This document shows, piece by piece, positions 51,701 through 63,700 of a stretch of 64,000 nucleotides of DNA. Made by a program: the position numbers and the translations under genes. Source of the stretch: Phoronis australis (lineage: Eukaryota > Animalia > Phoronida). A model generated the notes under the pieces. The model saw only the letters and a program-made list of their open reading frames with translations, was not told the DNA's origin and did no database searches. Numbering within the stretch: the first letter of the stretch is position 1; each line of letters begins with the position of its first letter. The DNA lies in assembly GCA_002633005.1 (NCBI GenBank), contig NMRA01000073.1:1-64000 (forward strand), written 5' to 3'.

Positions 51701-54700
51701 CTACGTTGGATTTTACAATTGTATGAAGGGAGATAATTTCTGGTGTGGGAAGTGAAACAAAATTGCAGATGGGCTGTTAATTTGTGAACAGGTCAAACAG
51801 TTTTTTAAGTCATCTTCACAGCTTCAATGTGACATTAAAACATAAATTTTTGGAAGCGTCTTATAGATATTGATGAGCTTTCATGATTATTTATTAAGAT
51901 CAACACTGCTGTTTATGTAAAGATTGTTTTGTATGTTAATCAAATTGTGTCAATGCCAATTCCTCACTTTGTTTACAGGAAACTACAGGAAGTGCGCAAC
52001 CGTCTAAGTCAGTTACGTGACCTGGTGCAGTACTACCAGAGTGGCACAGAGTTCATCCATGCTGACGGTGAAGAACAGTCATCCTTGCCGGCTTACAGTG
52101 ACTATGAGGACCCAGATCTCATGAGGAACCTGAGGTGGGCTAGCACCTTCAAGTTAAATTATCTTATGTGGACTTTTCTGTCTTTCTTGAAACGGGTGCT
52201 GTTTGTGTAGTGTTTCTGTCTCCACTGTCACGGTTATGTAGAACCCCAGAAAATTGTCCAAAGTTGTTGAACTCAAGAACATCACATCTCAGNNNNNNNN
52301 NNNNNNNNNNNNNNNNNNNNNNNNNNNNNNNNNNNNNNNNNNNNNNNNNNNNNNNNNNNNNNNNNNNNNNNNNNNNNNNNNNNNNNNNNNNNNNNNNNNN
52401 NNNNNNNNNNNNNNNNNNNNNNNNNNNNNNNNNNNNNNNNNNNNNNNNNNNNNNNNNNNNNNNNNNNNNNNNNNNNNNNNNNNNNNNNNNNNNNNNNNNN
52501 NNNNNNNNNNNNNNNNNNNNNNNNNNNNNNNNNNNNCCCTTCTATTTATATGAAATTTTGCACACCTTTTCCTTTCATGGAGGGGATGGCATGAGCGAAC
52601 TTTCAGACAGATCCCACTACCGGTGTGCCCCTAGTGGCAATTTTAGTGTTTACATCTGTATCTTAAAAGCTCCTCAACAGATTCCAATAAAATTTGGTAG
52701 ATATGCATTTGTCAGTGAGATCATGCTATCCCTACATTTTCAGTTGGATTTGAAGTATTTTGCGCCACCTAGTGGCCATTTTTACTGTTTTCCATTTTTT
52801 TGGCATCCGCCCACTTTCAACCAAACCATTCTAAGGATAATTGTGAAAATTAGACTTTGTGTTGCTACTGTTAATAGGACGGCTGGTGATCATTTTCTTA
52901 TTGTGCAGTGTGTTTTTCTGCTAAACCCTCTGCAGGATCTTCATTATATTTAGCAAGTGTACTTATATCAAGTTGACAACGGACGATGATGAATTTCGGA
53001 CAGATCCGATGATTGATGTGCCCCCTAGTAGATATTCAACTTTTTCTTTTGCTCTGCAGGATCTTTGTTAAACTTGGCAAGTGTATTTTCATGAAGGTGA
53101 CAACAAGTGACGATGACTTTCGGACAGATCCAACAACTGGTGTGGCCCCTAATTGCAATTTCATTTTTTTCTGGTTTCCTCTGTATCTTTGGACTTTCTA
53201 GGCGGATTTTTATGAAATTTGGAAAATAGAGGTGATGACATCTTTCTGTTTTCAGATGGATTTGACTTTGCACACGCTTTCTAGTAGCTGTTTTTATTAT
53301 TTTTGAGCTTGTTTTTGGTGTCCGCCTCTCTGTCAGCCAAACCACTCTTAGGATCATTAGGAACATTGATATATATCTTCTTGTTGGGAAGAGGACATGT
53401 GACGATGATTTTTGGACAGCGCCGACTACTGTGGCGCCTCCTTGTGGCAGTTTTCTTTTTGTTGCGTCCATGGCTGTATCTCTTAAATCTTTTGTCATAG
53501 ATTTTTGCTAAATTTGGCAATTGTATTTATGTGAAAGTGACAACAGGTGACTGTATTTATATGAAAGTGACTACAGGTGACGACGACTTTTGGATGGATC
53601 CAGTAACTGCTGTGCCCCCTAGTGATAATTCTATATTTCCCGTCTTCTATATCTTTGGTGCTTGGACGGATTTTTATGAAATTTGGTAAATAGATTTCTA
53701 TTAAAGAAGCTATTGCATCTTTCCATTTTCAGATGGATTTGATGTAGTGCACGTCGCCTAGTTTTTAATGTTTTTTAGTCTGTTTTTAGCGTCTGCCTGT
53801 GTGTTGGCCAAACCACTCTTGCGATCATTACGAAAATTGACATAAATCTTCTTACTGTGAATAGGACGTGTCACGGTGATTTTTTGACAGCGCTGACTAT
53901 TGTGACGTCTCCCAGTGGCAGTTCTGTTTTCATTGTGCCCATGACTGTCTCTTATAAACCCTCTACAGGTTCGTTAAATTTGGCAAATGTATTTGTATGA
54001 GGGTGACAAGGGATGACAACGACGTTTGGATGGATCCGACTCCTGCTGTACCCCCTTGTGGCAATTTTACTCTGTTTTCCTCTGTATCTCTGGAGTTCCT
54101 TGTTAAGTTTTTATGAAATTTGGCAAGTAGGTTTCCATTAATGAGGCGGTGACACCTTTTTGTTTTGAGATGACTTTGACATAGTGTATGCCTCCTAGTG
54201 GCTGTGTTTTTATCATCTTAGTCTGATTTTGTCGTCTATCTCTCCATCGATCAAAGCATTAAGAATTAGTGTTCCTAGTGGGAAAAGTATCGTTGACAAT
54301 TTTTGGACAATTTGACTTCTGTGGTGTTTCCTATTGACCTATCGCCAGGATTTTGAGTGACGGCTTAACTGACCATTAAGAACGCAGCATTAATGACACA
54401 CCTTGGTTTCCAGGATGCCATTTTACCTGACCAACAACACGTTGCCGGGTAAAACTTTTTGTTTGTTAGTCGACTTTACGCAAGGGGGCTGAGCTTGCGA
54501 TAGGTCAATGGGCAGATTGCTTTCTTTGTGTCTGCAGCTGTTTCTCCCTGCTGGATCTTTGTGAAATTGACAATGGTATTTCTATGAACATGACAACAGA
54601 TGACGACGTGTGGACATATTTCACTTCCATTGTGCCCCCAGTGCCAATTTTAATTTTTTACACTCTTGGCAGGTGCGTTCATATTGAGGAGAGCATTGGT

Positions 54701-57700
54701 GACTTGCTCTGTGCCCCTAGAGGCTATTTTAAGTTTACTAGCTCCATCTAGTGGGAATGTTTAAAATAGTATTCATCACTTGTATCTGCGCTATGAGGTG
54801 CACACGGTGAGTGCATAGCAACGCTCTGCATTGCTCTTGTTTTTGTTGTACAAAAACACAAGATTTTGTTTCATTGGACTATTCCTACGTTGGATTTTAC
54901 AATTGTATGAAGGGAGATAATTTCTGGTGTGGGAAGTGAAACAAAATTGCAGATGGGCTGTTAATTTGTGAACAGGTCAAACAGAAATGAAAGTTGCCAA
55001 AATATTGTCAAAGCAGTAACAATTTTTTTACTTTCTTTTTTTAAGTCATCTTCACAGCTTCAATGTGACAATTTTTGGAAGCGTCTTATAGATATTGATC
55101 AGCTTTCATGATTATTTATTAAGATCAACACTGCTGTTTATGTGAAGATTGTTTGTATGTGAATCAAATTGTGTCAATGCCAATTCCTCACTTTGTTTAC
55201 AGGAAACTACAGGAAGTGCGCAACCGTCTAAGTCAGTTACGTGACCTGGTGCAGTACTACCAGAGTGGCACAGAGTTCATCCATGCTGACGGTGAAGAAC
55301 AGTCATCCTTGCCGGCTTACAGTGACTATGAGGACCCAGATCTCATGAGGAACCTGAGGTGGGCTAGCACCTTCAAGTTAAATTATCTTATGTGGACTTT
55401 TCTGTCTTTCTTGAAATGGGTGCTGTTTGTGTAGTGTTTCTGTCTCCACTGTCACGGTTATGTAGAACCCTAGAAAATTGTCCAAAGTTGTTGAACTCAA
55501 GAACATCACATCTCAGAAGTGTCCAATTGGATACATGTGCATACTATGTTTGAGGCACTGTTTTTCAAAACACTATGATTATCAATTGTTTTTGAATGTT
55601 CCACTTTTGGCTGATGGACTATCACAAGAGAAAACTCAATGAACTTTAATAAAAGACTCAAAAGTTCCATACAAGTATAATAACAAAATGATGATTTAGA
55701 TTGAAATGAGTTTTTTGAGATTTCATCTTGAACAACTATATGAAACGAAATTTATGTCAAATGAAATTTAATATTAATACATCAAACGAAATCTATGTCA
55801 AATGAAATTTATGTCAAACAAAATTTAGCCATGTAATTAACTCCGTTGTTTTTGCAATGTATATACCTTTATTTTTTGACTATAGTAAATTTTACTAGAA
55901 AAACATGGGTCATATGACCCAATTAATGGTTGGTAAAAAGTCTATTTCTACAGGTGCTCTACTTGCAGAAAATATGTACTTTTACCGAGTTAATATCTAC
56001 AATTTTGTAAGTATTCAGTTAAAGACACTCAAAATTGTGTATAAGGTGCTACAGAACATTCATAGCCTTGATTTAAAAAAAGAAAATGGAGATGTGGTCG
56101 CAGTGCCTTTAGAATATTCTAAGGTATTACTTATGATGGATGGAGACTCAAAGCACATGGTGGTGGTGTACATTACTGAACATTGATGTGTGCCAAAGTG
56201 AGCTCAAAGTATTGTTTTGTGAAGGTTAGTCACGACTTTAGTATTTATCCTGTGTTTGTTTTATTTATTTGTTCAGAGAGATGCAGGGTAAAGGAAGCGT
56301 GGCTGCCAAACTGCAGGAGTACGCCCAGCGCCAGGGACCGTTGACCCAGGAGGAAGAACAGAGTATGGTGTCTGAGCAGAGTGAGGCGGATACCGAGGGT
56401 GACACGACGGAAACGGAGTCTCATCTCAGCAGTAACCTGGGCGCCCTCGGTGACGACCCCGAGATACAGGAGAAAGTCAGGTGAGTGTCTGTGTGTTTGG
56501 TGACTGGGTCTGACTGCGTGTGTCTGAGTGTGAGTACAAAGTCTAGCGTGGTGTGTCAGTCGAGTGTTTGTAGACGTGGTCTGACTAGCTGAGTGAGTGG
56601 AGTGTGTGGACTGGGTGTGTCAGATGAGTGTCTGATTAGGCAATAGTCATATATAATGGGCCCACACTTTGAGAACCAGTTTGATGCCTGTTATCCAATA
56701 GAGAAAAACTTGTTCTCAAAATATGGACACTTTATATCTGACTGTTACCTTCTGAGTGTGAGTACGGAGTCTGACTGGGTGTGAAGAAATAACAATTATC
56801 TGTAAGTTCCTGTTACAAATAGGGCGGCCATTTTTATCCTTAGAGTGATCATCTCATTCTTCATGCTTCCATCAAACCAAGGGTCTCTTTCTCGACTTAT
56901 GTCATTTTGATTTTAGGCATAAGTAAAAATGTAACTATGAATTGCCAAATATGCTTTCTTGTCTTTTGTGTTTATTGAAATGTTTTTTCTTCGGTCTAGT
57001 GGATCTGACTATGGATTTCTGATTTCGAAGTTGTAGATAGTTTTTCTGACTTTCACAAAAACAGGCTAAGCTATCTGTAGCTGAAAGTCAAAATGCAAAA
57101 GCTAATAGGTTCTTGGAGGAACAGGCCCGTGGAGGCGTCGTTTACCAAAGCTGTAGTTGTCTGTCAGGTGTTGATTTGCTGCTTTTGTATGGGTGCCTTA
57201 AAAATAACAGTGAAGGTATCAAAACTGCTGATGTCAAACTTAGTTTGTGCGCCAGTAGAAAAGTAAAAGTTACCACATAACAAGAATTTCAATTGTGAGA
57301 CCCGTTTGTTCACCAGGAAACTGCGTGCGGCCAAAGAAAAACTCAAACGTCTGCAGGAGCTGGTAGCTATGGTACAGCAGTCACCGGACGCTGCCAGAGT
57401 CCTGCCAGATGATCTGGCTGAGCTAGCTGCCAGTATGGACGATGGTGACACCACGTCACAGGCTACAGCCACATCTGACAAGGTACCAGGCTTTAATGTA
57501 CCTTCGGGAGATTCCATAACAGACAGGTGAGTTTGAAGGTTAGGTGTTGTTTTATCGATTTCTGTGACTTTAGTGGTGAAGACATAAGAATTGATACGGT
57601 GACTAAAATTAGCGTGTTGCCATTTCTAAGCTCTCCATAGTTAAATACTTCTTTTGTGTACATATCACTAATGCCATGCACAAGACATAAGTTTCTATTT

Positions 57701-60700
57701 AACGTTTGGGTTGTAATACATTTCTGTCTCACCGTGTACTTCGCAGGTTGTGTTGTTATGAAAACATGACGATTCTTGCTTTAAATTCATGCTCATCGTA
57801 ATCAGGGGCTAGTAAATGTTATTGTATCTCATAGAATGCTGTGCATGTACTTGTGTATATGGTGTCTCATACTACTAATAAACATGTACATTGGTGTATT
57901 GGTGTCTCATACTACTAATAAACATGTACATTGCTTGATGTGTGGCAGTAAACCTTGTTGCAACGTGAGCAATTTATGCACAGGACCAGACAACCTTTGA
58001 CCTTTGGCTTAATTGGCTTTGGTCATGTGGCTAACATGGATTATAGTTGTGTAAAATGTTATTGGTGACCTTATCACAGGAATATTTACTACGAGATGCG
58101 CATGTCACAGCAGCAGTCAGAGTTGGAGGATCTGATGGTAGAGAGGACCAAGTTATTGGCTATACAGGATCAACTGCAGAAACTACAGGAACAGTTCCCA
58201 GTGGTAAGGCAGCTTGAGATGGAGTGGTCACATATGCGGTCTCTGGTGGCAATGACAACTTGTGCTTTCATGTCTTGGCTATGTCAGGCCTGTTGGTCAC
58301 TGAGGCTGAATCCAGTCTATGACTGCCCTGTATTTAAGTTTGAATAAGTAACTAGCAGGTCACTTTGAAATGAGTGCGGTTTTGAGAAAGTCTTGAGTGT
58401 TGTGGTTTAATTCTGTGTACTCTGAAACAAACTGCCATATGACAATTGCGGCTATAACAAGCTCTTCAAAGAACAAAACTAAAAACTAGCTGTAGCATAG
58501 ACTGAAGAGTTGAAGCTGCTGTAAACTAACGTTCCGTCAAAGAAATGACTCCTATTACTGATTTGCACCACTTTCTGCTAAAACCGGTCCAGAATTGTTC
58601 CTCACTCAACTGCGAAGTGGTTTCTATGGTCATAAAGAAGTGACAATATGTTAAATGCTTTAGACCATCCTTCTTACTTTAAAGTGACTTGCCAGGTTCC
58701 GTTTTATGTGACTTTTCAAAGAATTGTAGAAGTCCCTTTTCATAGCATCCCCTGCAAAAGGGTTTTAGAGACCAGTGTATAAAGCGTAGTATCTGACTGT
58801 TTCATGTGAATCTGATTGGCCATTTCTGAGATATGATGTTCCGGAGTTAGCCAGATTTAGACATTCTTCTAGGGTTCTACATAATCTTAAATGATCTAGC
58901 CAAAACTTGTGCTTTTTCACGAAGGGCTGTATTTTGGCAGCTATACTGTGTGATGTCCAGTGAATTGTGTGTGGCCATATAGTGCCCTGGTGTTGGTATT
59001 CTGTATGAGTTACGTAGTTGTGTAGAGTTGCTTTGCCTTGCAGTTGAGAACTCCTCGTCAAGACGGCAGTGAGCCAGTTGGGATCCAAAAGGAAGTGAAA
59101 AACACTGAGACCAACTCTGTCACGTTTGACATTCCTGATGATGGTGAGTAGTTTTTAATATATTTATTTTGCGCCACGTATTTATATGAAACTTAGCAGT
59201 TGTGTTCTTGATGAGATGACTATGGCTAACATTGTTTTTATAACAGGTCTGACAACTATGGCGTCCCCTAGTGGTGGTTTTATATTTTTGCGATCATAGC
59301 TGCAGCTCGCGATTCCTTTGTGAACTTATGCAGGTGTTTTCCTGTACATATGACCATGACTGCATACGACTTTTTGGTCGGCTCTGACTACCCCTCTGTC
59401 CCCTAGTGCATTTATATCTTTGGAGTTCCTTTGTGGATTTTCACGAAATTTGGCAAATAGTTTTGCAATAGGCAAGGATGTCTTTTCAATTTTGGACAGC
59501 TAAGACATATTCTGTGCCATCTGGTGGCCATTTTTATGATCATACTAAAAACACCCCCAGAAGCACAATGTTTGCTGTTTAGTCATGTGTGCATTTTAAC
59601 AAGTCGCATTAATCTTCTTTCTCTCCAAGTTTGTTTTCAAGATATAATTATAATACCTAAAAGCAGCATAACAAATAAAATATAGTGGGGTATTACAAAA
59701 AATTTCTGGATGAAAATTATGATCAGTATGAGACATGGAAATATTTCACTGTAACTTGTTTGCTTTGATACTCTCCTACCTGCTCTGCATCCCATTCACT
59801 TTTGTCAAACATATGTCTAAAGAACTATTTTTTCTGAATACCTGTAGAGTGAACTGGCTAACCAGGGTTCATTTTGGTATAAGCTCCATGTCATTGGCAT
59901 GATGCCATTGCAGCAGGTGTTGTGGGCAAATGGACGTATAGCGGCATTTAGTTACCAAGTGCTGATGATTGTATGATTGCATATAAAAAACGTCCTCATA
60001 GACCTCCACTGACTGGTTTTTAAATGGTGCTAAAACCTAAAACATCGCCGCCAATTTTTCATAATTTCTAAATGGGTGTGTTCTGACCTGTCCTTATTGA
60101 ATGGTCATGAAGATCATTAAGTTAAAATAATTCTGTTTTGCAAGAATTGGCTGTCAAACAAAAATACCAGGATTTCATCTAATCATATCATTGGTTGTCA
60201 TCTTGCCCTTGAACTGTCATGAGGCTGTGTACCCTTGCTGTGAACAGGGTCGCAAAGCGTAGTAACGCTCTGCAGTAAACAAAGGTTGCTATTTTTGGTT
60301 TAAGCGCATTATTATAAAATATGTAGTGACATAAACGTCACAAACTATTGCCACTATTTCTTCCAACCCAGTTCCATCAAATGATGAACTATGGGACAAA
60401 ATGCGCAGTCAGCGTATGCTGAGGGAAGAGCTGCGTCAGAAGAAGAGGGAGCTGGAGGCCATGATGAAGAAGGACCGTAACAAGAAGTCGTACTTTAGGA
60501 ACCAACCTCAGGACAATCAGAGTGACACTGTGTCATTCTCAGATCAGTTGGGGTGAGGAGTTAGAGGCTCATTTTGTCATAGAGACTTGGGACTTGAATC
60601 AAACCTGAAGCGAAAACTTCCTGCAGTAACAGCCAATTGGGAGCATTAGACAATGTTTGACATGAGTCCCAAGTCTCATTTCATGAAACAGACACTTGGA

Positions 60701-63700
60701 CAAATATTGCAAATTAACTGGCTGAGTGTCTTTTTTTCTTGCATTGCCATGTTTGCCAGTTGTGAGTTTAGATTCAATTTGACATTGACTCTTCTTGGTA
60801 ATAGTTTGCACAAGCTCTACGTCGGCATTTAGACTGTTAACTGTTAGATTTTGGATTTACAAATAACAGGGAAGATAGTGTCAGTCTTATAATTTTCAAA
60901 ATTAGCCCAACCACCCTAAATTATGTGTTTGAGTATTCCTAGGTACTTTTTCATGAACACGTCTTGCTGTGTGGGTTGTACTTGTGTCTGCTAGTGATTG
61001 ACTTGTTACATTATGTTCCAGAACCAGTATGGTGAGTGGTGACGTCACTACTATGGCAACATGGGGAGGCTCAACGACGGACAATCTAGCGGAAATCTAC
61101 GAAGATGATGGAGCCAGTGAAGACCAGGCTGAGATTGAAGATGATGGTAAATAGTGTTACATGCGGAGAGTGGTTTAAATACTCCATTAATGATTGGATT
61201 TCAGTGAATATAACCAGATCAGTATGGTTTTCATGAACTAAGTATTGCTAGGATTTGATAAAAAATCTTGCGTGTCGCCACTTTCCTCTTTACTCTGTCT
61301 ATTGTTGGTACATTTGTATATATTATCATTATTGTCACTCTTTGTCTTTTATGGGTCTGACATCTGTTAAGTTATGTTGCTGTTTTATGGAAGGTCAACT
61401 TTACATAACGTTTTTGAGCTATGGCTCAAGAAGCCACAGTGATCTTGTGGTTGAGCCTGGTCTCCAGTGTACTGTTACTATTTTCTTACCTACTTTTCAG
61501 GTTACCCTGACGACGGCATCGTTCAGGTGGAGGAGGAGGAAGAAGAGCAGGACTCTGACAAGGAGACATACACCATCGAGGATGACTACCGTGCCCGTCA
61601 ACGAGACCGACCCATCAGCCTGCCAGTGGTGGACACTAGTCCCTCTGGTGCCCGCGGTGTCCGACCCAAGGTGTTTAGACACACCTATGATCCTCAAGGT
61701 GAGATGATCACAAATAGTGTAGCTTACTGTGCCCTTTGTAGTATTTGATATCATGTGCTCGTCATTATTCTCATGTCTTAATTGTTTGCCTGAAGTATAC
61801 TAAAAGCACATAACTCATGAGCCATTTTTGTTCTGTTATATTGCAGACCCACGAAGCAGTCCACTACGGTCTCACTGGATGTCCCCCAACCACATTTACT
61901 CTGCTGGCTGGCCAAGGTTTAGTCCTAGACGGCAAGAGGTGAGCTTGGTTACAAGAAAGACTACTGTTTCTTTGTATTTCATTTGGTGCTCCCTGTTGAC
62001 AGCTCTTCTCAAGGCCGTGACAAGGTTAAGATGGGCTTTGTTCTTCAATTAGCATTACGGAACACAAATTTCTCAGGTTTTTATACCCGTTGTCTGTGTA
62101 ACTAATCTCAATGGACATTCACATGTTGTTCGTTATAATGCCTTCAGAATTACCGCTCGGCCCCGGACATAGTGAACGAGGAGGGTGATGGTGACGAGCG
62201 TGTGTCCAGCCTACGTGACCAACTGGAGCGCACCACCAGCCTGTGTCAGTCACTACTTCAGGACCAGCAGGCACTCTCTGATGCACTTCAGGGGGCCACC
62301 ATCTCAGGTAAGACCAGGTCCAGATAGCAGGGGCCTGACGACAGGTGTTGCCAATTCTTCAACTGATACTGTTGGTTCGACTTTTGGTCGTCTAACTTCT
62401 GTAAAGTTGTCATGGCTAAGAATCCAAAAGAAAGTTAGTGTTGATTTAATAAATAACTTCCAATTTTTACTGGAAATTAAACAGGTTTTCATTAGAAGAA
62501 AATTCACCGATTTTTTGGTATTACCATTTTTTTTTTATCTTCTTTCTTACTGACAGCTTGGTTCTGTGTTTTTATTAGTGAATATGTGAACAAGATTGGT
62601 TTGCATTGTTTCCCTGATGTCTGTAGTTAATGCATTGTATGTTCAGGTCCATCTGACTATCACAAATTAGCTGATAATGATTGTTGTAGGTGACAGCCCT
62701 TACCGGTCCAGTATGTTACACAACCTGATGTCTCAACACCAGGCACAGCTGCAGCAACAGCAGCTCATGTTCTCTCTCAACCAGTGTTACAGCCAGCTGT
62801 ATGCCCAACAGGGGGAGATACGGCGTCAGCAGGAACAAATCCAGCATTTGATCCAGCAGACGGAGACCGACATCGACAATCTCAATATGGACGACTCGGA
62901 TGCAAACCCCTATGCCTCTGGCGCCTATCAGCGTCCGATGAGTGCCCAGAGCCCGTGGAACCCTTATGTGTCTGCTCCCTACCCGAGTCCATTCATGTCA
63001 CCCTATGCATCCCCAGGCATGCCAATGTATCCACCAATGGCAGGGTTCTACAACCAGCCGTTTAACTTCAGCCCTCAGTTCCCGTCCAATTTCAACAGTC
63101 CGTTTCGCTCGGCCAGCGCTGACCAAGATGTGGGGAGACAATATTCTACAACTGGACAGCAGACTGAGAGCCCGCAAGGTGCCACAGCAAGGCAACCGAT
63201 GTTTGTGGACCGGGCTGCTGGTGGCACCCCCACAAGGGGCTACATGGCGTCGAGCCACCCCACTAAGCCAGCCAAACTACCAGTGCAGGCCCAGCCTGTA
63301 GAGGTTCCCAAGCTTAACCTGGAGGAGATTCTGCGCCGGAGATATCGCAGCCGAAGGTGGGATTTAGGATTAAATTATTGATCACAAGTTGTAAAATCTT
63401 TGACAACAGTCTGAGACTGAAAATTTTGATTTGTGTGTGAAAACATTGATAGTGCTTTCTGAAGTGTTTGTATAGCAACATCATTTTGTGACTGCACTAT
63501 GTAATGTAATCAGTGCATGGTTTGTATTGGCAACTATATTTTTCCATCATAATTACATTATCGTGCACTACTGGTTAAACCTGTACCAGCCAGGGGGTTG
63601 TTTTTGCATAACATTGAAAGTTGCTTTTGAAATGTGTTTATAAAGCTTAAATGCCAATTACTGTGTGACTGCTTTAAGTAATGTCGAGTTCTGTTTAATA

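Noticed and set aside
55153-55434. Second PCM1 paralogue or true exon duplication
   Set aside because: The identical exon and allelic-level intron differences flank an N-gap, which favours an uncollapsed haplotype; kept only as a finding to test.
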